A DNA stretch of 63,512 nucleotides, the filler included, from Sandaracinaceae bacterium (GTDB lineage Bacteria; Myxococcota_A; Polyangia; Polyangiales; JADJQN01): the NCBI GenBank assembly GCA_947483975.1. It is 4 parts of 4 records of this genome, joined end to end, with 100 filler letters (N's around TTAATTAATTAA, not from the genome) between each part and the next. Parts side by side here need not be neighbours in the genome. Positions count along the whole stretch, not along the records: positions 32,244 to 47,848 come from CANKOL010000087.1; 3 more parts are not named here. One strand, given 5' to 3'. Under the pieces are notes generated by a model. That model saw only the letters and a list, made by a program, of their open reading frames with translations, had not been told where the DNA came from and searched no databases. A program made the position numbers and the translations under genes. Of the stretch, positions 37,127-45,713 are shown piece by piece (the first letter of the stretch is position 1; every line of letters starts with the position of its first letter).

Positions 37127-38841
37127 GCCGCGCGCGTTCGCGGGTCGCGACACTCCCAGTCACTCGCGGCAACATGAAGTTCCTCGAGACGACCCTGAAG
37201 CAGCTTGGCTTCGACGCCCCGCGCATCGCTGCTGCCGTTCGTCAGTGGCGTCGCGCGATCGAACAGGCGTCGCGGTTCGCGCAGCTCCTCAGCGAGGTGC
37301 ACGACCGTCGGCTGCGCGGCGTCAGCGGCGCGCTGGAGCTGGAGATCGTCTACGACGAGCACTCTCGGATGCTCGAGTACACGAGCCGAGGGGGGCCTCA
37401 GCTTCCCGTCTCGGTGCGCCCGAAGTCGGCACTCTCGGCGAAGCAGCACCGCCACGAGCTCGCGACGATGAACGTCCAGTGGATCGGGGTGCCCGAGGGG
37501 AAGGTCGACCCGGTGGTCTCGCTGTCCCCCGACGCTGCGTCGCTCACGAGCCGCGCCGCTGGTGGTGATCCCGGCGCCCTTGGCGAACTGGGCGTGAGCA
37601 GCGTGAAGGTCTACGCGTTCCCGATCGCGTTCGTGCGCGCGAGCACGTCTCGCGACCCTGTGACCGGCCTCGTCACTCGCGTAGAGGTGCCTGCGCTGGC
37701 CGCTGCGTCGCCGTCGTTCGACGCGTTCTCGTTCCTGAACGCGATGCGGCTCGCGGGGGATCTGCCGCTGAAGTCCGAGAACGACGTTCGGCGCTTCATG
37801 ATGGCGCTCGCGGCGCCGCTGCTGCGGGCGGAGATGCCTGGTCTCCTCGGCGTGTACTGGGTCGTCGGACCGTCGGGCACCGGGAAAGAGCTCGTGCTCG
37901 TCGCCATCAAGGAGGTCTGGAAGGCGGTTGCCACACTGGCGAGCCGCGAGTCCTTCGAGCTCAAGGACGGCGGCGGAGGTGAGGACCAGAAGTCGTTCGC
38001 CGCCAACCGCCGCGCGGTGTACGTGCACTTCAGAGAGGCAGGCAAGCGCGGGATCCAGGCCGTCGAAGACTTCATCCGCCTGACCGGCGCAGCGAGGGTG
38101 CCCGCGCGTGGCCTCTACGAGCAGGCGGGCGAGATCGACAACTCGTTCGTCTACCTGGCCGACTCCGCGGAGTCCGTGCCGGATCGCCGCGAGATCAGCC
38201 GCCGGGTGGTCCCCATCAACGCGGTGGCAGTGCCGGGTGGCACCGATGGTCGCGGTCTGCTGAAGCGCGTTCGCGCTGTCGCCCCGCTCATCATCGCGAG
38301 CCTGAAGCAGCAGATCGAGGCCGCGGGGATCGAGGCGCTCGACATCCGGAGCGCGGACGGCCGCCCGCTCGCGGTCGCGTTCCTCGCGAAGCTGCTCGGC
38401 GCCTCGCTCGACACCGTTCAGGGGGAGAGCCTCGACGACATCTTCCGCGCGCTGCTGCTCTTCATCAGCACACCGTATCTCCTGCGGAGCGCTGAGCGCG
38501 TGCTCACGAACGGGCCAGCCTTCGCGTCGAAGCACACCGCGTTCAGCCCGTCGTTCTTCGTCGAGACGATGATGAAGCACGCGGGCTTCCAGGAACTCTT
38601 CACGCAGATTCGCCACGGGAAGTACCTGTTCGAGCGCATCAATCGCGAGCTCGCGGACCCAGGGCTCGTGGGCGACGGCGCGGACTACGCGGTCGTGCTG
38701 CTGGATGGCGTCGAGTACGGGCTGCGCTTCTTCGGCACGCGGCGCGACGCCATGACGTTCTTCCCGGTCGTCTCGACCATGGGGCCTGCCCCATCGCCAG
38801 CTGACGCAGGTTCGATCCCGCGTCCGTTGAGGGTGACGTGA
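37123..38841 (+). CDS. P-loop NTPase, probable replicative helicase
   Basis: Walker A YWVVGPSGTGKE; RREISRR arginine-finger-like segment; coupled to genes on both sides. Confidence 0.6.
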   Translation: MSRARSRVATLPVTRGNMKFLETTLKQLGFDAPRIAAAVRQWRRAIEQASRFAQLLSEVHDRRLRGVSGALELEIVYDEHSRMLEYTSRGGPQLPVSVRPKSALSAKQHRHELATMNVQWIGVPEGKVDPVVSLSPDAASLTSRAAGGDPGALGELGVSSVKVYAFPIAFVRASTSRDPVTGLVTRVEVPALAAASPSFDAFSFLNAMRLAGDLPLKSENDVRRFMMALAAPLLRAEMPGLLGVYWVVGPSGTGKELVLVAIKEVWKAVATLASRESFELKDGGGGEDQKSFAANRRAVYVHFREAGKRGIQAVEDFIRLTGAARVPARGLYEQAGEIDNSFVYLADSAESVPDRREISRRVVPINAVAVPGGTDGRGLLKRVRAVAPLIIASLKQQIEAAGIEALDIRSADGRPLAVAFLAKLLGASLDTVQGESLDDIFRALLLFISTPYLLRSAERVLTNGPAFASKHTAFSPSFFVETMMKHAGFQELFTQIRHGKYLFERINRELADPGLVGDGADYAVVLLDGVEYGLRFFGTRRDAMTFFPVVSTMGPAPSPADAGSIPRPLRVT

Positions 38842-40583
38842 TGACGCTCGTAGCGATCATCTTCGATCGAGGGGAGGTCGCCGCGTACGACGGGATCTCC
38901 TTCAGCTGCGGGATCTGGCCCGCGGCCGCGCTTGCCTCGACGGGCCAGACGATAGCGGCGCTGGATCCCGCCGTAGCGATCCCGTGGTTGCGTGCCCACG
39001 GTGTTGACCTCGCGCAGGTCGAGGTCGTCGACGTCGGTGCGATGCTCCGCGCTCAGGGACACTCGGACGGCCCCGCTGACTTGCTGTACGCCGCGGCGAC
39101 CCTGCACCCTGCACCTCGACCGGAGATCCGACTCGTGCACGCGTGCTTCGCGATGGCGCAGCGGAAGCTGGAGCCCGTGGAGCACGTCGTGCTTACGCAC
39201 ACCACGCGCGAGAACGCGCGAGGCCTGCGCGTGGACCGCGCGCGCGCCGCAGAGCTCGGCACGGAGTACCGGGACCTCCGAGAGGATGCACGCCGCGACC
39301 TCCAGGTCTTCCTGCCGCATCTTGACGATCGCGACATTCGCAGCGAGCCGGCGTTTCGCTCCGCGCTCGAGCAGCGCTTCGGCGCGGCTGTCACGACGAC
39401 CGCGATGGGGTCAACCACCGGCGCGCTCGGTCGAGCGGTCGATGCCCGGCAGGCGCTCATGCAGTTCGCGAACGCCGCCGTCGAGATGCAGAAGATCGCG
39501 GATGGCCCCGACTGCCTCCTGGACTTCCTCTCGTACTACGCCGCGCAGACAGGGCGATTCTCGGCGCCCGGCTTCGGCGTCCATAGCCTCCCGAAGCATC
39601 CGCATCCGCGGCTTCGGCCCCTCGTTCGGCAGCGCGAGGTAATCCTTCCATCTCCTGGGCACTGGTTCGCCGCGCGAGACCTCAACGCGATCGAGCCGCG
39701 CGTGCTCGCCCTGCTGTCTGGTGAGGACGCCCTGCTCAAGACGTTCCGCGCCGGCGACGACGTCTACGTGTGGTTCGCCAAGTCCGTGTGGCCCGGCGTC
39801 GTGGTCGAGAAGCGCGGGGAGAACGCCGACCTCCGCGACGTCAGCAAGATCGCGTTCGTGTCTCTCGGTTACGGCACCGGCCTGCCGGCGTTCCACGAGC
39901 AGGTGATGGAGGCTGCGCCGACGTCCACCGAGGAGGACGTCGTGCGCGCGTACGACTCCTTCCAGGCGCAGTTCCCGAAGGTCCAGTCGGCGCACCGCGA
40001 GGCGCTCGGCCTCCTCGTGCGCATGGCGCACGGTGACCACTTCACCGACTGCCCCCTGCTCGGCTGCTCGCTGACCTTCGATGGCAGCGTGCTTCGTGTG
40101 CTCTTGCCCACGGGCCGCACGGTCTTCTACCGCAACGTTCGGGTGACCGTCGACGAGGTCGGAGACCACAGCGTCTGGTTCTCGCGGGTGCGCCCGTCGC
40201 GGAGCTCGGCGACCATCGAGAATGTCCCGCGCTTCCCGCGGCGCAAGGAGCACCGCTTCGATGACGGCGTGGTGCGGCGCTGCCTCGCGCCGCACGTCCT
40301 CGTGCAGAACATCACGCAAGCGGTCGCACGCGACGTCATCGTGCACATGCAGGCCGAGCTGCTCGAGGTGAAGGCGGAGTTTGCGGCCATCGGCCTCGAG
40401 ATCCCGTTCACCGTACACGACGCCATCGTCGCGGAGTCTCTCGCGGTGGACTGGGCGTGGGACGACGTTCAAGCCGTGCTCGCAGACGTGATGGGCCGCG
40501 TCCCGCGCACGCTACCGCAGGCCATGCACGGCCTCCCGCTCGCGTCGGAGGCGGAGATTGGGCCGCGGGAACGGTACGGGTGA
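38838..40583 (+). CDS. Phage-type family A DNA polymerase with reduced N-terminal exonuclease region
   Basis: QTGRFS, motif A DLNAIEPR, motif B RDVSKIAFVSLGYG, LPTGR, QNITQAVARD, motif C VHDA. Confidence 0.88.
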   Translation: MMTLVAIIFDRGEVAAYDGISFSCGIWPAAALASTGQTIAALDPAVAIPWLRAHGVDLAQVEVVDVGAMLRAQGHSDGPADLLYAAATLHPAPRPEIRLVHACFAMAQRKLEPVEHVVLTHTTRENARGLRVDRARAAELGTEYRDLREDARRDLQVFLPHLDDRDIRSEPAFRSALEQRFGAAVTTTAMGSTTGALGRAVDARQALMQFANAAVEMQKIADGPDCLLDFLSYYAAQTGRFSAPGFGVHSLPKHPHPRLRPLVRQREVILPSPGHWFAARDLNAIEPRVLALLSGEDALLKTFRAGDDVYVWFAKSVWPGVVVEKRGENADLRDVSKIAFVSLGYGTGLPAFHEQVMEAAPTSTEEDVVRAYDSFQAQFPKVQSAHREALGLLVRMAHGDHFTDCPLLGCSLTFDGSVLRVLLPTGRTVFYRNVRVTVDEVGDHSVWFSRVRPSRSSATIENVPRFPRRKEHRFDDGVVRRCLAPHVLVQNITQAVARDVIVHMQAELLEVKAEFAAIGLEIPFTVHDAIVAESLAVDWAWDDVQAVLADVMGRVPRTLPQAMHGLPLASEAEIGPRERYG

Positions 40584-40588
40584 GGGTT

Positions 40589-40754
40589 CCGTGCATCCGT
40601 GCATCGCTGGCCAACTCCTCTATTTCAATCCCTCTCTAGCTTCTTCTTTTTCTCTCAAGAAGTTTCAAAAGGAATGCACGGATGCACGGGGCCAATAGAA
40701 ATAAGCATCTCCGCAGCCTCCCTGCTGCACGGGAGATGCACGCGGCATGCACGG
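40589..40754. repeat. Origin-like region: ATGCACGG iterons in inverted arrangement around an AT-rich spacer
   Basis: CCGTGCATCCGTGCAT (40589-40604) is the exact reverse complement of ATGCACGGATGCACGG (40674-40689); further copies at 40726, 40736, 40747. Confidence 0.75.
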
Positions 40755-41306
40755 GCCGCCTGCTGACCACGCCCAACCACGTCGTCTGGCTCATCCGTGC
40801 CTGCCTCGAGGTCTGGCTCCGCGTGACCGCGTCCACCTGCGCGCACGCCGTCGCTGCCCACGGTGATAGCCGACGTCAGCCGCAGCGTGTGCGAATGGTA
40901 CGGATCGCAGCCGAAGCGGACGCTCGAGAGCGACACCCCGACCTGCGGGGTGGCGTTTTCAAAGGCTATTTGCCACCGAAAATCGCAAAAGGCCTCTGGA
41001 GCCCGTTTATAGATTGGTATCGACGATCCGCGCTCCGTACCAAACAGGCCTCGGAACCTCGTATTCGCCTCTGTAGGGGGTGTTATCGGGCCCGAGAGGG
41101 GCGAACCGATACCATTCTCGACCGCGATCCCGAGAACCTCAGCTGCCCGTGGGCGGTGACGCAGTACGCGCGCCATGTGCTCTGCTCGAGTTGGTGTCGG
41201 CAGCGCTCGAGTGCCCGAGCAGGAGGGCGTTGTGCGCCCTCGATGCAGGCGCAGGCGTTGACGCCCGTCTTCGCAGAGCTCCCCGGCGCCTATCACGGAG
41301 CACTCC

Positions 41307-43460
41307 ATGTTCCCTGAGGATCTGCGCCCGTACCAGCGTGCTGCGGTCGAAGCCGCCCTGCGCAGTCTCCACGCGGACACGCCGGCGCTCCTCGTGCTCC
41401 CGCCGGGCGCCGGCAAGACCGCGATCGCGACGGCGGTGGCGGAGGGGTTCCTGAAGTCGAGCCAGGCGGTCGCCTACATCGCGCCGTCTCAGCAGCTGCT
41501 CACTCAGGCGCGCGCTGAGTTCGCGCGTGGCAGCTCGTGCTCCGCTGACGACCTCGCGCGACTGGTGTCCTTCGCGACGACGGTCAGCGCTCTCGGGGTG
41601 CTCGTGAAGCCGATGCCCGCGATGAGCGTCGCGCTCGTGATCGTCGACGAGAGCCACTGGGCGGAGACCGCGACGACCGGCAAGGCCATCCTGGAATGGG
41701 CGCGCCACGCCGGCGTGCCCGTGCTCGGGCTCACGGCGACGCCTTCGCGCGATTCGGTCTATCGGATCGCTCACGAGACGACCCACGACGCCCTCGTTGA
41801 GGCGGGCTTCCTTGCGCGGGCAAGGATCCAGCGCATCCACACCGGGGTCCGGTGGCGAGCCTTCGCCGAGGGCGAAGACCTCTCGGTCCAGTCGCTCGCC
41901 GCGATCGCCGCCAACGTCGACCGGAACAATCTGCTGGTCAAGGCCGTGGTCTCGCGTCCGCAAGCGCTCCCGGCGTTCGTCTTCGGCTGCCATATCGCGC
42001 ACGCCAATGCCCTCGTTCGGCTGTTCAACGCTGCGGGGATCCGCGCCGCCGCGTACCACAGCGGACAGCCAGAGGCCTCGAGCAACGCCGCGCTCCAGGC
42101 GTTTCGTGACGGACATGTTGATGTGCTCGTCGGCGTGCAAGGGCTGACGCTCGGCATCGACGTGCCTCACGCCCGCGGGGTCGTCCTTGGGCGGCCTACG
42201 CTGTCGCCAGCGCTCTTGACGCAGATGATCGGCCGCGGCACACGGCTCGACCCACGCACCGGCAAGATCGAGTTTCACATCATCGAGCTGGTGGACCACG
42301 AGGAAGGCGCGGAGCGCGTGCTGTCCGCCGCCACCGTCGTCGGGCACGGCAGCAGCAGCCCGTGGCGCGTGATCCCACGGCATCGGTTCGACCCGCTCGG
42401 CGAGCCATCGCGCGTGGCGGCGGACGCGCCCGCGAGCATCGCCGACCTGTGGTATCGCCGAGGCCAGACTTTCGGCATCGAGCTCGAGCTCTCTCGCCCA
42501 GAGGGGATCCCGAGCCCAGCGGAGTTCCGGGAGCTGGCGCCGCACTTCAGTCGCGAGATCGACGCGGCTACGGAGAGCATCGGTCGGTGGAGGATCGTCT
42601 ACGACTGCTCCGCCGGCCTGGAGATCGTGTCGCCGATCCTCGAGGGCGAAGACGGCCTGCGCGAGATGGTCATCGCCGTCACCGCGGCCGCGCGCGCAGC
42701 CGAGGCGCATGGCGTCGTCGTCACTTACCGATGCGGCTTCCACCTGCATCTCGGGCTGAACAACGACTACCGATTGGTGCGCCGGGTGCTTCGCGCGAGT
42801 CGGCTGTTCGAGAGCGGATTGGCCACGCTCGTCGCGCCGTCGCGCATCGCCGCGTTCGACGGCTGCACCTATCAGCTTGAGCGCGCGAATCGGTACTGCG
42901 CTCCCCTGCGCGTCGCGATGCCACGGAAGCAGATTGACCGCGCCACCAAGCTCGAACATCTCACGGCGTCCCGGTACCTGAGCGTCAACCCGCTCGCGCT
43001 GACGGAGCACGGCACGATCGAGGTGCGACTTCACAGCGGCACGATCGACCCCGCGAAGATCGGGCTGTGGGTCTCGCTGTGGCAACAGATCATCCACTAC
43101 GCGGAGGGCGCGAAGCGCGTGCCGCGTGTGCTGGACGTCGCGCGGCTCGAGCCGGACGGCGACATCGTCGCGCTCGCGACGCGCCTGCTGCCGGACAAGA
43201 GCGCGACCTTCCTGGAGCGCCTGCATCGGCGTCGCGGGGAGGTGGCAGTCGTCTGGGGGCAGCGCGCGACTCTGGCCCCGTGGCTGCGGTACCGCGACGC
43301 GTGGCAGATCGCACGCATCATGTGGTTGGCGGAGCAACGTCGGCGAGAGCGTCGCGAGCTTGGCCTGGATCGCTGGCCGCACCCCAAGACGTTCCGTATC
43401 CCGCCGAGCCTGGTGGCAGAGATCGAGGCGGAGTGGCGCGCGCAACAAGGTGCGGCGTGA
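41307..43460 (+). CDS. SF2 DExH helicase fused to a putative amidoligase (COOH-NH2 ligase) domain
   Basis: LRPYQ, PGAGKT, DESH, LTATP, GIDVP, QMIGRGTR; then TFGIELEL, YDCS, LEIVSPIL, CGFHLH, RYLSVN, GTIEVRLHSGT. Confidence 0.85.
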   Translation: MFPEDLRPYQRAAVEAALRSLHADTPALLVLPPGAGKTAIATAVAEGFLKSSQAVAYIAPSQQLLTQARAEFARGSSCSADDLARLVSFATTVSALGVLVKPMPAMSVALVIVDESHWAETATTGKAILEWARHAGVPVLGLTATPSRDSVYRIAHETTHDALVEAGFLARARIQRIHTGVRWRAFAEGEDLSVQSLAAIAANVDRNNLLVKAVVSRPQALPAFVFGCHIAHANALVRLFNAAGIRAAAYHSGQPEASSNAALQAFRDGHVDVLVGVQGLTLGIDVPHARGVVLGRPTLSPALLTQMIGRGTRLDPRTGKIEFHIIELVDHEEGAERVLSAATVVGHGSSSPWRVIPRHRFDPLGEPSRVAADAPASIADLWYRRGQTFGIELELSRPEGIPSPAEFRELAPHFSREIDAATESIGRWRIVYDCSAGLEIVSPILEGEDGLREMVIAVTAAARAAEAHGVVVTYRCGFHLHLGLNNDYRLVRRVLRASRLFESGLATLVAPSRIAAFDGCTYQLERANRYCAPLRVAMPRKQIDRATKLEHLTASRYLSVNPLALTEHGTIEVRLHSGTIDPAKIGLWVSLWQQIIHYAEGAKRVPRVLDVARLEPDGDIVALATRLLPDKSATFLERLHRRRGEVAVVWGQRATLAPWLRYRDAWQIARIMWLAEQRRRERRELGLDRWPHPKTFRIPPSLVAEIEAEWRAQQGAA

Positions 43461-43607
43461 CCGCGGGTCAGGCGGACCTCCAGTCGCGCGGGCAGCCCGC
43501 GCCGCTGCTGCGTTCGCAGCGACGTGTCCGAGCAGCTGCGCTGAGCAGCGTCGCGCCTGCCTGCGTCGTGGTCGCGGACTGATCTCTGAGCTTCAGAGGA
43601 GGACTAC

Positions 43608-43952
43608 ATGAGCTGGGACATCCCGTACGACGACAACGACCTCCTCGCGCTCGACGCCATTGTGCAGCGCATCGTGAGGCTCGGCGCGAGCCTGGCTTGG
43701 ATCACCGGGCCCGATGGCGGTCTGTTGGCCATCTGCGAGGCGGGCGAGCCGGGTCTGAGCGAGCCGACGACCATCGCCCGGACCCGACTCCCGGAGGTCG
43801 TCGTCGGCGCGATGGTCACCTCCAGGGTGGACCTCGACGCCGTGGCCGCCGTGCTCGAGGACGTCGACCGCATCTTCGCGCCGTACCGGCTGGCGTATCG
43901 CTCGTCCCGGTCGCACGGCGCGCGCCAGACGGCGGGGTCTCATGGGTACTAA
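43608..43952 (+). CDS. Hypothetical protein
   Basis: Strong GAGGAGG RBS before ATG; 114 aa. Confidence 0.6.
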   Translation: MSWDIPYDDNDLLALDAIVQRIVRLGASLAWITGPDGGLLAICEAGEPGLSEPTTIARTRLPEVVVGAMVTSRVDLDAVAAVLEDVDRIFAPYRLAYRSSRSHGARQTAGSHGY

Positions 43953-44217
43953 CCAGATCGGCTGCCTACGCGCCGTCGAGCGATTCGAGAAGGAGCGCGG
44001 GCCTGGCCGAGGTCGCCGTCTTCAGGTGCTTCCCGCGGGAGGCGGACTTTGACCGCGGGCACGCACAGGAGTGTCCACCGCGACTTCACGTTCGACTCAC
44101 TCGCGTACGCGCCTTGGCGCAACCAACACGGAGCCCGAAGATGATCAACGACCCGCTCACATCCATCAACCGCATCGCGCACCAGAAGCAGACGCAGACC
44201 AAGCGTCGGAGCGCGTC

Positions 44218-44796
44218 ATGACCGCGTCCAGCTTCTCGCCTCGTCTGCCCACCGGCTTCGGTAGCCGTGCGAGGGCGACCTCGGTCGCCACGCACAAGAT
44301 CCATCTCCCTCTGCCGGGGAGCGCGATCTGGCTGCCGCTCACCTTCGGGAAGCACGAAGGCAAGACTCTCCCTCAGGTGGCGCTCACCGATCCCGACTGG
44401 CTCTTCTGGGCCGAGGGCGACGGAATCCTCGTGCGGTTCCGGGTGCCCCGCGCAGTCGAGCTCTGTTTCAGGGCGCGGAACATTCGAATCAGTGACGGGA
44501 CTCGAGGAGCCCGCGTCGCCGACTACGTGCTGAACTCCAGCGGCAAGCTCAGCCACGTCGAGGTCGGCTACGCCAACGAGATGAACCGCAGCGAGGACCG
44601 CGGTGTGGTGCGGCGCCCAGGGCTCGACCTGTCCGTCGCGCACGCGATCGCCGGCCGAGACAAGCTCGGCGCCGAGCGGATTCTCAAGGCGCTCAGCGTG
44701 CACGTCTTCAAGCCGATGGGATGGGCGCGCGTGACCAAGGAGCGCGGAGAGTCGTTCTTCAACGACGCCGCGAACTTCATCCCTATGACCGGCTAG
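44218..44796 (+). CDS. Hypothetical protein with FGKHxG motif (DUF3820 / exonuclease X C-terminal-like)
   Basis: LTFGKHEGKTLPQVALTDPDWLFW; GGAG before ATG at 44218. Confidence 0.65.
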   Translation: MTASSFSPRLPTGFGSRARATSVATHKIHLPLPGSAIWLPLTFGKHEGKTLPQVALTDPDWLFWAEGDGILVRFRVPRAVELCFRARNIRISDGTRGARVADYVLNSSGKLSHVEVGYANEMNRSEDRGVVRRPGLDLSVAHAIAGRDKLGAERILKALSVHVFKPMGWARVTKERGESFFNDAANFIPMTG

Positions 44797-44914
44797 ATCG
44801 CCGAGGCGGCAGGGAGCCCTCACGAGGACGCGCCCGCGCTGACGGAGGCTCGACCCAGAAGTCGGGTGCGCGGAACCGCCGACCGACGTCGGTGTCTGCG
44901 TCGGCGTGAGGAGG

Positions 44915-45583
44915 ATGCTGCAACACTGGGAGGAGGGCGGGTGGGGAACCTACCCGCTCGTCCCGCTCGCCGTTCTCATGCTCGTCGTCGCGGCGCGGCA
45001 GAGCTGGCGCCTCCAGCGCGCCGGGCGACACCTCCGCGTGGTGGTGCCCGCCGCGCTGGAGTCGCTGCGCGTTTCTCACGATGTCGCAGACGCCCTCAGC
45101 GCCCTCGCCGCCCTCGGCGGCTCGCTCGCCCGCGCCGTCGGGGCCGGGCTCGCGCAGCTGCCGGCCTCGACCACCGCCGCGGAGTCCATCGCGCGCACGC
45201 AGCGCAACAGCGGCCTCGCCGTGCTCGATCGTCGCGAGCTCGCGCTACCGGCGGTCGCGAGCTTCTCGACGCTGTTCGGGCTGCTCGGCACCGTCACCGG
45301 CGCGGTGATCACCGCGTCCAGCCCGAACTCGGATGCGGCGTCACGCGCGTATCTCTTGGCGAAGGGCATCAGCGAGTCGCTGAACTGCATCGCGTTCGCC
45401 CTCGTCCTCGCGGTCGTCTGCCTCGCGCTGCACGCCCTGCTCGAGGGCTGGCGCGAGCGGCTGCGCGCGGACGCAGGTCACGCCGTCGCGCTCCTCCACG
45501 CCGACCTCGACGCCCTGCGCCCGTATCTCAGCTTCTTCGGCACGCGCATCTTCGACGAGCGGTGGAGCTACCGAGGTCCGTGA
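44915..45583 (+). CDS. MotA/TolQ/ExbB proton channel family protein
   Basis: EGGW..YPL, FGLLGTVTG, LAKGISESLNCIAFAL; GAGGAGG RBS. Confidence 0.8.
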   Translation: MLQHWEEGGWGTYPLVPLAVLMLVVAARQSWRLQRAGRHLRVVVPAALESLRVSHDVADALSALAALGGSLARAVGAGLAQLPASTTAAESIARTQRNSGLAVLDRRELALPAVASFSTLFGLLGTVTGAVITASSPNSDAASRAYLLAKGISESLNCIAFALVLAVVCLALHALLEGWRERLRADAGHAVALLHADLDALRPYLSFFGTRIFDERWSYRGP

Positions 45584-45713
45584 GCGCCGCCGTGCGGGGA
45601 TCGCATCGACCGCGGCGGTCGCGTTCGCTACCGCTTCCAACGTGGACGGTCACGTCGTCGAGCGCCGCCGGGCGCGTTTCAGAGCGCGCTCACGAAGTGA
45701 ACAACCACCCGCG

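Larger units (their letters stand above)
32937..44800. mobile_element. Integrated element at the tRNA-Glu 3' end with serine integrase and its own replication module; right boundary uncertain
   Basis: Integrase abuts and overlaps the tRNA; primase-like, NTPase, PolA and origin-like repeats follow; no attR duplication found. Confidence 0.75.

Noticed and set aside
40682..41317. 211-aa ORF between polA and the helicase gene
   Set aside because: Starts inside the iterons and has atypical composition with no recognisable motif; not called as a CDS.
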